The notes beneath the pieces were generated by a model, which had not been told where the DNA came from, ran no database searches, and was given only the letters and a program-made list of their open reading frames with translations. DNA of 64,000 nt from the NCBI GenBank assembly GCA_024679065.1, contig JAGIQG010000022.1, positions 35,898,001 through 35,962,000 on the forward strand, read 5' to 3'. This DNA comes from Sphyrna mokarran. Its lineage: Eukaryota. Below, in pieces: positions 22,701 through 34,820 of this stretch (the stretch's first letter is position 1; every line of letters begins with the position of its first letter). The position numbers were made by a program, and so were the translations under genes.

Positions 22701-24649
22701 ACCTAATAAGAGATACCTCCTCCCTTGAGAATAATGACACACTATTTAAAATACTGATCTAATTATAGTGCATGTCCATTTCTGTTACAGTGACTCATGC
22801 TATTCTGTTTTGTGGAAGAGACTTGGGTTAGTCATTGACTGTTTGCAGATGCCATACAGACTTCTAGCTTCTCCCACACACCTCTGAAGTGTAAAAGCCT
22901 TAATGGTATGAAATTGAAGTATGACTCACTCTGTCTTGGTTTTGTTCAGTACTGAAGCTGTATCTCTCCACCTTGTTTTTAAGATGAGGTAGACTCCATT
23001 TTGGCTTCTTCAGGGATCTGTTCAGGAAGTTCTTTCATGTAACTTCCTGTTTCCCAGCAGGCATCAGCAAGATGATGTGTTCTGTACTCTGTCCTCTGGA
23101 ACAGAGAAAGGTGTTTGCCTGAGAGTTTCTGAACTGAACAGGATGAGGGTTAAAATGGAGAATTGCTTAATAGTCAAAGAGAGCAAAGATGTATGGAATA
23201 GTAAAATTACCGGAGAAATAAACTGAAAACAGGTTTTCTCAATTATATTCAAGGTACAATTGTCAGAGTCATCAATATGTCTTGGACCTGTTTATCTAAC
23301 AATGGCCATTAGGGAGAATATTTCAATACTTGTGTTTATCTTATTCTGTAAATCCATATCCAATATATCCAGACCATCAATAACCACATTGTTTCTCATG
23401 GATTTGCATGAATACTTAATTTTATCTCAATGACTCACAAAACAGAAGAGTTCAACTTCAATATCCAGTCTGTGGTGAGTGAAGCTCCAGCAGGCCTCGT
23501 TGTCCAGACAGCAGAATATTGGGTACGGTGACTATCCTGTGGTTAAACAATTTGTGGATGTTGTGTGAGGAATGGACCAGGTGTCATAATGATGTTCTAT
23601 AATGGAATTACTGCTCAGACGTAACGGATGGCCAGATAGACAGGTATCGAAGGCATGGAATGGAACAGATTGCTACACAATCCATATTTCCAAGAGGGGA
23701 AAGAAGATGAAATTGGGGGAACAGCTCCTTAGACCAAGTGGATAGTTCCCAATGGGAGGATTTCCAGTATTTCTCTGCTTATAATTGTGTGTAGTCTGGT
23801 CACAGCTGTTCATAGGAAACTATGTGATGTGATGACATGCACCTTTAAGTGGGCCTGGATTAACCAATAATAAACCATTAATGTTTTGACAAAATATGAC
23901 ACATTAGTCCCATGACTTTTAGGTACCTTGCAACTGACAGTGATCAAGGTGGGACATGCGCCTCGCAGCCTCCATTCAAGAGCAATTAGGAATGGGTAAC
24001 AAATGTAGTTTTGCCAATGACAGCCACAAGAGGAAAAAAAGATGCAAATGAAAATCAGGTCCAAAAATCATTAATTAGAAATCACCATCAAACTGGTGAG
24101 CATATTATTAAATTTAAGATTAAAGTTAATCAGAGAATCTATCCAAAATCAGTTGGTAGCTAAGCCATTTCCATGAATGGAAATGAATCCAGTTATATCC
24201 TCAGAAATAATTATTGAGAAATGATATCTGAATCTAGTGGTGGCTATTATATCAGTGAATCATAGTTACATCAGGGTGATGCTCCTCTCATGGTTACTAT
24301 AATACATGTTAATTTATTTCAATGTGTTACTCTCTCTGCCATGCTAACAGAAGACAGTACTCAATAATACTAACTGCTACCTCCGTATAACCAATCATTT
24401 CTCACCTTTAGTTCTCAGGGTAACCATTAAGAATCCGCACAAATGGTGAAGCGGACAGCTCTGATTCTAGCACAGAAATGATAGCGAACTGAGTCACATA
24501 TCAATCCTGAACATCAGTATGGCATTACAAAGCACTGTGTTCTCTGTCCTGCACCCTCTTGACACACTCCATTTGTCAACATATACATTCTGTCAACCTG
24601 CAGAAAAGCACACTAGGGACAGAGCCCAAAACCAATCAGCACATTACAA

Positions 24650-24748
24650 CCAATGCAACAGAGAATGGCACACAACAGACTAACACACTAGAGACCAGCA
24701 TACTAGAGATCAACACACTACAACCAGCATGCTACAGGCCAGCACGTA
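24650..24748. repeat. Degenerate ~15-bp tandem repeat
   Basis: GACYARCAYACTASA-like unit repeated about 5-6 times. Confidence 0.55.
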
Positions 24749-24881
24749 TTATTAACAATGACGAAAGGCCTGGTTTAAGTAGTGGGTTGGAGTGAGTTTC
24801 TGAAAGGAGCTCAGGGTGGAGATGAGGTGGTTGGAATTCCAATCTTTAAACCTTGGGCCTAACTGGTTGTAAGCATGTCTG

Positions 24882-24947
24882 CCAATTATGTATTAAGTAT
24901 GTATTACCAATTATGTATTAAATATGTATTACCAATTATGTATTAAG
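24882..24947. repeat. 25-bp tandem repeat, about 2.6 copies
   Basis: CCAATTATGTATTAARTATGTATTA repeated. Confidence 0.9.
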
Positions 24948-25259
24948 AAAGGAACCAGCACAAAAGGTGACAGTTAGGGGGATAGAGAGTTCAGAAGCAG
25001 CTAGCTTGTAAGGCTAGTTGAGGTTAGTGAGATATGGGAAAGCAAGGCCATGAAAGGATTTAAACATGAAGATGTGAATTTAATGTTTGAGGTATTGCGA
25101 GTGTTAAAACCAATTTAAGTCAACAGGGGCCAAGATGGTGGCTGCACAGAAGTTGGTCCAGAATAGAATGCAATAGCAGTGTTTTGGATGGATGGAAGCT
25201 TATGGAGCTAGTCGAATGGGATGTCAGTATTGAAATAGTCATGTTTGGACAGCTCTGTT

Positions 25260-25538
25260 TTGTTGATTCATTCCTGCGACATGAACATGGCTAGCTGGCC
25301 AGCATTAAGAGTCAACTGCATTACTGTAGGCTAGAGCAGATAAGGACGGCAGGTTCCCTTCCCTAAAGGACATTAGTGAACCATATGGGTTTTTACAAAA
25401 ATCAACAATGGTTTCATGGTCATCGGTTGATTCTTAATTCCAGATATTTCATTGAATTCAAATTCCACCATCTGGAACATTAGCTGAATTTTTGGATTAA
25501 TATTTTAGTGACATTACCACTAGGCCATCACCTCCCCT
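25260..25538 (-). mobile_element. tRNA-SINE family 2
   Basis: Antisense CCTTCCCTAAAGGACATTAGTGAACCA...GAATTCAAATTCCACCATCTG...CACCTCCCC. Confidence 0.85.
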
Positions 25539-26824
25539 ATTGAGTCAGGTGACTGTTCTAACAGCAGAAAGGGTGAGGAAAGCATAGCTATTATGGAGCT
25601 GGATTTTAGAGTGAGGAGCATGTGGGTTCATAACTTAAGCTGAGGTACCAGTCAAATGCCAAGGTTATTGGTCTTGCTTGACCTGAGATGCTGATTAGGA
25701 AGAGACAGGAAGTTGTTGTAGAGTTGTGGTTGGGGGACAAAGGCAATGATCTCAGTGAATGGAGAGAAATGCGGTTCATCCAAAAGTGGGTGTTGGACAA
25801 ACAGCCTGAGAATGCAGCCAGTAGATGATTCTAACTAGCTGTCATCAGATTCCGGTGCCTGAGAATGGTAGGATCAGTACGTATTCTGGCAAACAGCCAA
25901 CTGGAAATGTGTTGGAGAACAGTTCAACATGGAGAATTTTCATTCAGTTAAAGCATGGGGAGCTTTATTTAATCTTCAAATATTAAATTTACGAATGGAT
26001 CAAGAGACATCTCACTGTCACCCTGGGGTGGGATGGTCATCCAGAATATCCTGAGGCAGTGCTTAGGTGGGGCTGGGATTTATTATGAAAATGATGGGCT
26101 TATTGGATCTAATGGTTGTTCTCATTCCTGAAACTTCCTACATTTCTATTGAACCCTAACATGCCTAATAAACAAACAGGGTGAGTAAGACAGTTCTCTT
26201 TTATTAAACAGCACTGCAGTTTCACATCCTGTCACTTTGTAATTGAAGTCCAATATTTTAGATTTCTCCAGGTCTCCTTGATCAGGTATCTTGATGTAGT
26301 TAATTGTACTTCTAGCAGTTGGACACGACCATTAATATCAATCAGCATAAAGTAACAATTTTTATAACCGAGAGCTATTGACTTTCATTCCTACGGGAAA
26401 TATAAGAAGAATCATGAGAAACTCAGGTTGGCAAATGCCATATCCAATTACCATGCACTGTAACTATCGTTGGAATTGCTTTGAAGTAGTACCAGGCTGA
26501 TATTTAAACAGTGTATACTTAATAAGGATGTGAGTCAATCAGCATAAATCATATTATATAGAAGCACACTTCACTTTTCTTTATCCTGGGGTAGCCATCT
26601 GTGTGTTTTTTTTTTTAACTCCAGTGTAATATATCTGTACCCCATCAGCAGAAATGCAATCCACTAAACTTGACATTTTGCACATTGCTGTTCCCAGCAT
26701 TCTCACTGGGTTGAAAACAAATCTTTCCTGACACTGGGATTCTTCACTGTCTGTCTTCCCTTCCTCCAACATTCTGCAGGAATTTCAAACCCAAACACTT
26801 CCCTGATTCATTGTAGAGCAGGGA

Positions 26825-27360
26825 TATTCAATGAGGGATCTGCTTGCCTTGGAGGCAGTTCAGAGAACGTTCATTAGACTGATTCCTGGGATGAAGGGGC
26901 TGTCTTAGGAGGAAAGGTTGAGCAGATTGGGCCTACACTCATTGGAGCTTCAAAGACTGAGAGGCCATCTTATTGAAACCTATAAAATTTCTGAGGGGGC
27001 TTGACAGGATAAATACTGAAATGATGTTTCCCCTCGTGAAGGAATCTAGCACACAGGGGGCAGTTTCAGAGTAAGGGATGTCCCATTTTAAGTGGACATA
27101 TGGAAGAATTCCATCCCTCAGTGTGGTTAATCTTTGGAATTCTCTGTCGCAGGCAATAGTGGTGGTGGTGATGGTTGGGGCATTGAATATATTCAAGGCT
27201 GGGTTAGTCTAATTTTTAACCTAAGAGAAGTCAATGATTATAGGGAGTGGCAGGCCTGAAACTGGAGTTAAGGCCACTATCAAATCAGTTATTATCTTAT
27301 TGACTGGCAGAGTAGGCTTGAGAGGCTGAATGGCCTATTCCTGCTATTAGTTCTTATAAT
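26825..27360 (+). mobile_element. CR1 LINE 3' fragment, old
   Basis: LEAVQRTFIRLIPGMKGLS-EERLSRLGLHSLELQRLRGHLIETYKIL, followed by the 3'UTR GGCTGAATGGCCTATTCCTGCT. Confidence 0.85.
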
Positions 27361-27453
27361 CATGTACATGTTGCTTCTTTTGCTAGTTAATTTAAGTTGA
27401 TGTCCTCACCAATGGGTACAGTTTTCCACTTTCTATTGTCGAGGTATCTCTCC

Positions 27454-27883
27454 TGGGAGCAATCTTACAACCTCTTCCTGCCCGATTTTTGGCACGGTGG
27501 GGTGGTACAATTGGGTGAGAGATGAAAAACAAGAAATGCACTTGATAATGCCCAGCGATCAGAGGCCATTGAAGCCTGGGTAGTCATGGGCAAGGCCAGG
27601 CACTGCTCATAGTTATTACCAGCCTAGCAGCATCTACCTGGCACCCTGACACTGCCCATAACTGTACCAGGGGCATACCAAGGGGGTGTGGCCTGAGTGA
27701 GGATGGAGCCAATTGGAATGGAGCCAAGACAGGGAAGGAGTTGGAGCTTTGTGGGGGCAAGAGGGAGGAACTCTGCAGGAGGCAATCGGCAGGTGGTAAA
27801 CTGGCACAGGGAGTAATCAAAGGAAAGGGGAATTCTAAAGAATTCTAAAGATGCACAGGGCAGGATGGTAGATCTATTTCCCC
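27454..27883. mobile_element. Non-autonomous Harbinger-like element
   Basis: Imperfect TIRs GGGAGCAATCTTAC...GGTAGATCTATTTCCC and a GC-rich interior. Confidence 0.45.
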
Positions 27884-28029
27884 TCTCCCCCAGCTGTGCG
27901 TGGCAAGGAGTTCCAAAGACCAGCAATGTTCTGAGAGAAGAAATTCCTCCTCACCTCCCCCTTTATTCTGAGACTTTCCATCTGGTCCTACACTCTCCCA
28001 TGAAAAGAAACATCCTCTCAGCATTATCA

Positions 28030-28385
28030 GAGTGGCACAGTAGTACAGTGGTTAGCACTGCTGCTTCACACAGCTCCAGAGTCCTGGGTTTGATTCCTGG
28101 CTCGGGTCACTGTTTGTATGGAGTTTGCACATTCTCCTTTGTGTCAGCATGGGTTTCCTCCAGGTACTCTGGTTTCCTCCCACAGTCCAACGATATGTGG
28201 GTTAAGTTGATTGGCCATGCTAAGAAATTCTCCCTTAATGTCCAGGATGCGTAGGTTAGAGAGATTAGTGGGTATAATATGTAGGGATATGAGGGTGGGG
28301 CCTGGGTGGGATTGTGTTTGGTGCAAACTCGATGGGCCGAAGGGCCTCTTTCTGCACTATGGGGTTTGATGAGCTATGATGATGA
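28030..28385 (+). mobile_element. HE1-like V-SINE, full length, tail type A
   Basis: tRNA head GTGGTTAGCACTGCTGC...GGTTTGATTCC, V-domain, and tail GATGGGCCGAAGGGCCTCTTTCTGCACTATGG. Inserted in an antisense CR1 fragment (27905-28420). Confidence 0.9.
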
Positions 28386-29789
28386 TCCTATAAAGCCCCT
28401 TAAGAATCCTCTATGTTTCAATGGGAGTTCTGATGTTTAACCCGAGTGAGTATATTTCTGTAGGAGGAATATAAACCTGAGGCAGGGAGTGAATATGAAA
28501 ATATAGACCTATGGTATGTAAGCTTTTCTCAACCCAAGAAGCGATTTTATGTTGTCCTAATAGACATCCACCTTTAAAATTGGAATCTGGATTTAAATCC
28601 AACCCAGATTAATCATTCTGAAGTTTCTCCCTGCTGCTTTTTGTATATCTAAGGCATACTTGATTTCTCAGTGGTGTGGCTTTATAGTTCAAATTGTTAC
28701 AAATTCAACAAAAATTGGCACTCACTTAAAAAGGTCACAAGGATTGTTGGCATGGGAACCAGATTTGTGCAATAGAGTCTTCTGTAGATGGGGAAAAATG
28801 GAGGGGCTTCATTCTGAATCTGGCCTATTAGTCCCAGAGTGATTGATGCTAACATTTGATGAAGGAAAGTTCCGCTGCCCTGTACTGACAACATTCACCT
28901 TTGAAGAGCACAAGATTCTCCAAAAGATCAAGAGAAGGTCATAAACTGAGTTTCAATGATTAATTACCCTTTGTCCCATAAACCTTGCGGTAAAATGTAA
29001 TAATTTATTATCAGCCTAAAAGCTTTCTGACTAATGTTGCATTAACATTATAACACTGTCACCAATGCCACTTTAGTCACAGCGTTAGAGAGAAAGTGCT
29101 TTGCTGCTGTTAGAAGCACAGGGAAAATTGCTTCAAGACATGTTCACAGCACTAGGGGCAGTGGAGATGCACTGTAACCAAGCCTGCAACTTGACCAAGC
29201 ATGACCTGAATGGACATTCTCCAGCTATCAGGCAGCTTGCATGGTCACTGCGTAAATGTTGCAACTGCAGCCTTTAAAGAGTTGCTCTCTGTTTGTTGCT
29301 AGTGCTGTCGAGTCCATTCCACAATGAGAATGGGGAGCGTAGAATGCACAGCACTAGGATCCCCAAAAAAAGTCACATAATATGATAATGACATTAACAA
29401 ACAATTATCAAGTCTGTTAGATCAGAACCTGATGAATCAACCTGCTGACCTTTGCTAATTGTGATAGATGTTGGTATTAAACTGGATATACCTGTGGTTT
29501 CATTATTTGGCACACTGAAGCACAGATATATAAAATTCTCTCCATCACCAACAAGTCTCATGAGTATGGCTGATATTCTCAAAGTGGCTTGTCATTAGGA
29601 CTCTCATTACCCTGTACGTTGGCGATAATCTTACCATCTGTCGGTGTGGGCGACTTGCTCATTGATGCCAACCCATGATGTGGTAACTGCTTCTAAACCT
29701 TAACTGGCAGCCCTGGGGATACGATAAAGCACTGCAGCAGTCTGATCAAGGAGCCATTAACTCCTACTGATGTTAGATTTCAGAATGTT

Positions 29790-30155
29790 GTTTTATTCAT
29801 CTTGGAGTGTGGGCGTTACCAGCACAACCAACTGGTAACTGGTAATTGCCCATTACTAATTGCCCTGAAAAAGTTTAATACAAATGAATTCTAAGCAAGG
29901 CCACTTCTATAACAATCGAGCACATTGAAGTGTCACATGGAGGTCAGACCAGGTAAGGATAATAAGTTTCTTTCCCTAAAGGACAGTAGTGGACCATTTG
30001 GATTTTTATGACAATCCTGCAGCTTCAAAGCCATTATTACAGCTTTTTATTTTCAGAATTATTTTAAGTGAATTCAAATTCTCAAAGTGCGTTTTGCTTT
30101 CTCTGGGTTATTAGTTCAAGCCTGTGGATTACAAGCTCAGTGAACTAGGCTACCG
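29790..30155 (-). mobile_element. tRNA-SINE family 2, diverged
   Basis: GTCAGACCAGGTAAGGAT...TTCCCTAAAGGACAGTAGTG...GAATTCAAATTC. Confidence 0.7.
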
Positions 30156-30364
30156 TCTGCTGGATGGTATTTGTTTGCTTTTATTTTAACACTGATTGCA
30201 ACCAGTTCATTTTAAATAAGCAATGCCTGCATTACAATGGTGCACAGGGACAAAGATGTTGCCTCCATAAACCTGAGGTTATTAGGCTCTTCTGCTCATA
30301 TCTTCTGCTTGATGCTCATGAGCATCAAGTTTGGTTAACTCAATATCCTTGTTCTCATTGACTT

Positions 30365-30772
30365 GCTTTATCTTCTTGTCTATCTGGGCAAAGCCTCACT
30401 TATAAAATATCAAGGCTTGTTTTCACATCCCTCTGTGGTTGTGTCCCATCGTATATCTATAATCTGCTCCAGTCCTCTGGATCCTTGTCCTTGTCCAATC
30501 CTGGCCTCACAAATATTCCTGATTTCAATTCCTCCACTGCTGTTGGTCAAGCCTACAACTGTCTATGTTCCAATCTCTGGAACTCCCTCTCTGAAACTCT
30601 CCAGCTTCATCTTCCCCTTTAAGCCGCAGCTTAAAGCTTAAAGTCAGATTTTGGTTGTCCGACATTTCCTCAGTGGCTTAGTGCAAAGATTAATTTGGAA
30701 GTGATCCTGTGAAAATCCCAGAGGATGTTTTACTGCAATGAAGCAACTTTACTAATGAAGGTCCCTGTTGTT
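30365..30772 (+). mobile_element. L2 LINE 3' end
   Basis: CTGCTCCAGTCC...CTCTGGAACTCCCTCTCT...CCTGTGAAAAT...GGATGTTTTACT. Confidence 0.6.
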
Positions 30773-32329
30773 CTTGATATTGCTCAATCGTAGCAGCGAT
30801 AGTAATTTCTAGTTTCATGACACTTCATCCACTCAATTTAAACCAGTAGAACTACTCGAAATGTTAACTATCCCTCTGAGCACTTTAGACAAGTAAATCT
30901 CCTTTGAACAGGAGATAAAGATTTCTAAAATCAACTGAGAAAATGTTGATGATAATAAAGAAAGAAAGGTACATTTCTAGGGCAGCTACTTCCTCAGTTA
31001 GGATCTGCTAAATTGTATTGTTAACCTGTTGGAAATAATAGTTTGATGAATTCCCTATTGCTTTAGCCCTTCATTTTGGCTACAAAATCCAGACAGCTCT
31101 TTCTCTACTCTCTCCACCTTGGATTTGAAGCTTTTAGAAATTCCCAACTGGCACAGTAACTTCTCTCTTTTTAAACTATCCACGATCCATATCAATTCTT
31201 TAACAATGTTCGGCCAATCTTAGTGACACAGTAAGAGTTGAAGATGGAGAATGTTTGAAGCTCGCAATGCTAACTAAGCAGAAAAAAAACTAATTATCAT
31301 TTTACTGTCACCTCCAGTTCCACTCACTAACTGGGTCTGGTAAGTGTGATGCTAAGGCAGCTTCAACAAAATTGAAGGAGGCGATGAATTGACAATTAAA
31401 AGAATTATGATGGTGATCAGGGGACTGCGACTCAATCTTTCAACATCTGAACGGGAATCATAAATTTCAGAGCACGATGACTTGCATTCACTAAACCCAA
31501 TTGGCATACCTGTCTGTTAAACCCAATCACTACACTTGCAGTGATGCACTTTGCTGCTTTTTTACCATTTGTTTCACTTGATTTTATACATCCATTTTTT
31601 AATGGTTTTTGTTAACATGTCACTCTGAATTTATTTCTATGCATTTGATACATCTGTTTGTTACACCTCTGTGATGGTCTGTTAGAGCGAAGCTCGATTA
31701 GTTATTGCACTGCTTACAATGGGACTCAGTTATCAGTGTGACTTTGTCGATGAAATAAAAAGTTAAGACTGTATAATGTGAACAAGTCCGCCTGACTATC
31801 CAGCTCACACTTAGGTGCTTGTAGGAAAGCTCCTGAGACCAGTCAAACCTTCCCATACTTCAGAACCAAATCTCAACACTCTGAGATTAATTAACAGCAT
31901 ATAATAAGGATTAATCAATTGACAGCACCTATCATGACTAATTAACTAAATGTTCTGTATGCTTCTCCTTACAAAAGTCTAGAAAGAGACACTGAGGCAC
32001 CCAGTGTCATCAAATAAATAAAACTAACTTAAGTGCTCCCAAGAGACCCAAATAATAAGCAAAATGAATAAGTATCTTTTCTCTATGACTCAGTACCAAA
32101 TCTTTTATATTTTAAGTTAGTTTTCTTATCTAAATAAGCTTTTCTAGGACTTAACCTTTCTTTTCAATGATTTAACATTGTGATAGAACAATATCAGCTT
32201 AGTATATACACAAAACCTACGTGAGGAGGTTTCCCAGCAGACAGAATGATCTTTCTGATAAACTATTAGCTAAACTCCGTGTAAACCTTGTTTCAGAAAT
32301 TTCATCAAAGCTCCCACTTACAATGGTCC

Positions 32330-32939
32330 TTTCTTCATCATTGACGACAGCCAACACTAAATTGGAGAATGATGTCCAGTTAGGGTTGTGTGTTTCTGCT
32401 GTGGGTTTTCATGTGACTGAACAGATGGATTCATGACCTACTGATCTTTGGGCACAATGGGCAGGATGTCCCGTTAGATGATGTGAAGTTAGATGAGCGC
32501 TGGAATTGCTTTGTTTTTCTTTCCTTCTCTACCAGCGTTCTGCCCTGTCACTGAGATATTGTGACTCAAATTGTGATGAAACCTGATGGACAAGTTGTTG
32601 CCACTTTGAAGAATTGGTAGCACCCATGTATTCTAATTCTGCCATGCTTCAGGGAGAGCCCCAGAGAATCCATATAACATTTTCTTTAGCCTTTCTTGGA
32701 ATGTTGGTCATTTGAAAGTTGAGAAAACAGGGTCTACTGGGGGAGATCTTTCTCAGCCATCTGGACACTGCATCCAGTCCATCAAAGTTGACTTTGCAGG
32801 AGCTTTGCCTGGATGTTTTTGGAGCTAACTTCAAGAAGAACATTAGAGTTTGTTTAATGATCCCTCCAACCATAATGGAAGATATGGCAGAAGCTTTGCT
32901 GATGGAACTTCTATTTTGTGTTGCTGCGACATTCCAAGT
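32330..32939 (-). mobile_element. RTE-clade LINE 3' part
   Basis: Minus strand encodes ETWN, KWQQLVHQVSSQFE, ERW-RRKEK, and a C-terminal zinc-finger-like CPLCPKI..S-IHLFSHMKTH. Confidence 0.7.
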
Positions 32940-34273
32940 ATGGGCAAAGTATTGGAGACAATTATTAGGGATAGGATTATAGTTATTTAGAGAGAAATGA
33001 ATTGATTGGGGATAGTCAGCATGGTTTTGTGAAGGGTAGGTCGTGCCTTACTAACCTCATTGAGGTTTTTGAAAAAGTGACTAAAGAGGTGGATGGGGGT
33101 AAGGCAGTTGATGTGGTATATATGGACTTTAGTAAGGCGTTCGATAAGGTGGCCCATGGAAGGCTTCTGCAGAAAATGCATATGTATGGGATTGAGGGTG
33201 ATTTAGCTAATTGGATTAGGAATTGGCTAGCTGATAGAAGACAGAGGGTGGTGGTTGATGGAAATTATTCATCATGGAGTTCGGTTACAAGTGGTGTACC
33301 TCAGGGATCTGTTTTGGGACCCTGCTGTTTGTAATTTTTATAAATGATCTGGATGAGGGTATTGAAGGATGGATTAGTAAATTTGCAGATGACACTAAAG
33401 TCGGTGGAGTGGTAGATAGTGAAGAGGGGTGTTATAGTTTGCAGAGAGACTTGGACAAGTTGCAGAGCTGGGCCGAGAGGTGGCAAATGGAGTTTAATGT
33501 GAAAAGTGTGAGGTAATGCACTATGGCAGGAATAATAAATGTGTAGAGTATAGGGCTAATGGTAGGATTCTTAGTAGTCTTGATGAACAGAGGGATCTTG
33601 GTGTGTATGTGCATAGATCCCTGAAAGTAGGCAGTCACGTCGAGAAGGTTGTTAGGAAGGCATATGGAGTCTTGGCTTTTATTGGTAGAGGGATTGAATT
33701 TCGGAGCCGCAACGTCATGTTGCAACTGTACAAAACTCTAGTGCGGCCGCACTTGGAGTATTTGTGCAGTTCTGGTCCCCGCATAATAAGAAAGATGTGG
33801 AGGCTTTGGAGAGGGTACAGAGGAGGTTTACCAGGATGTTGCCTGGTATGGAGGGCAGGTCTTATGAAGAGAGGCTGAGGGATTTGAGGTTGTTTTCGTT
33901 AGAAAGGAGTCGGCTAAGAGGGGACCTTATCGAAACATATAAGATGATTAGAGGTTTAGATAGGGTGGACAGTGATAGCCTTTTTCCTAAGATGGAGAAA
34001 GCTATCACGAGGGGACACAGCTTTAAATTAAGGGGTGATAGTTATAGGACGGATATCAGAGGTAGGTTCTTTACCCAAAGGGTGGTTCGTGAGTGGAATG
34101 CCCTGCCTGCAGCAGTTGTAGATGCGCCAAGTTTCGTGGCGTTTAAGAGGTTAGTTGATAAGTATATGGAAGAGAAGGGAATGGTTTAGTTTGGAGGGGC
34201 ATTGCTTTTTATATTGGTCGGCGCAACATCGAGGGCCGAAGGGCCTGTTCTGTGCTGTAATGTTCTATGTTCT
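32940..34273 (+). mobile_element. Young 5'-truncated CR1 LINE inserted into the RTE element
   Basis: QHGFVKGRSCLTNL, YMDFSKAFDKV, FADDTK and WNALP motifs across several frameshifts. Tail TGTTCTATGTTCTA and TSD AAGT. Confidence 0.95.
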
Positions 34274-34492
34274 AAGTCTCACTGCTGTACAGCAGTATGG
34301 TGCTCTGCACAGCAGATCTTTTGTTGACTTGAGGGGGTCTTTGTTATCAAATATTCACTACCATACTTTTTAAAAGGCTGAGCTGCCACAGCTGATGCTG
34401 TGTTGGATCTCCTCATCCATGGGCCTTTTGAGAGGGATGACTTTCAAAATACGGGAAATGTTCAACAGATTCCAGGCTGTCTCCTTTCATGT
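34274..34492 (-). mobile_element. RTE-clade LINE, continuation upstream of the CR1 insertion
   Basis: Minus strand reads VEHFPYF.SH.SQK..DEEIQHSISCGSSAF-K...FDNK and ILLYSSET, joining ETWN at 32939. Confidence 0.7.
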
Positions 34493-34820
34493 GGGGAGAC
34501 AGTGGCGTAGTGGTATTGCTACCACTAGTCCACAGACTCAGAGCAAGATCTGAAGGACCTGGGTTCAAATCCCACCATGGCAGATGGTGAAATCTGAATT
34601 AAAAATCTGGAATTAAAAGTCAAAAGATGGCCATGAAACCACTGTCAATTGTGATTGTTGTAAAAACCCACCATGTTCACTAATGCCCTTTAGGGAAAGA
34701 AATCTGCTGCCCTTACCTAGTCTAGCTTACATGACCTATTGCAATATGGTTGACTCTCCAATGCCCTTTGAAATGGAGGGCAATTCAGAATGTGCAATAA
34801 ATGGTGGCCCAGCCACCATT
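34493..34820 (+). mobile_element. tRNA-SINE family 2 nested in the RTE element
   Basis: GGGGAGACAGTGGCGTAGTGGT...GGGTTCAAATCCCACCATGGCAGATGG...GCAATAAATGGTGGCC. Confidence 0.85.

Larger units (their letters stand above)
24775..25850 (-). mobile_element. Old L2 LINE remnant, interrupted by a SINE
   Basis: Aligns by eye to 266-1385 (AAGGCCATGAAAGGATTTAAAC..., GCAGTGTTTTGGATG, CTCATCCA..TGTTGGACAAACAGCCTGA). Confidence 0.55.

Noticed and set aside
28030-28110. tRNA gene-like A/B boxes (also at other SINE heads)
   Set aside because: These are SINE heads continuing into V-domain or family-2 bodies, with no full cloverleaf.
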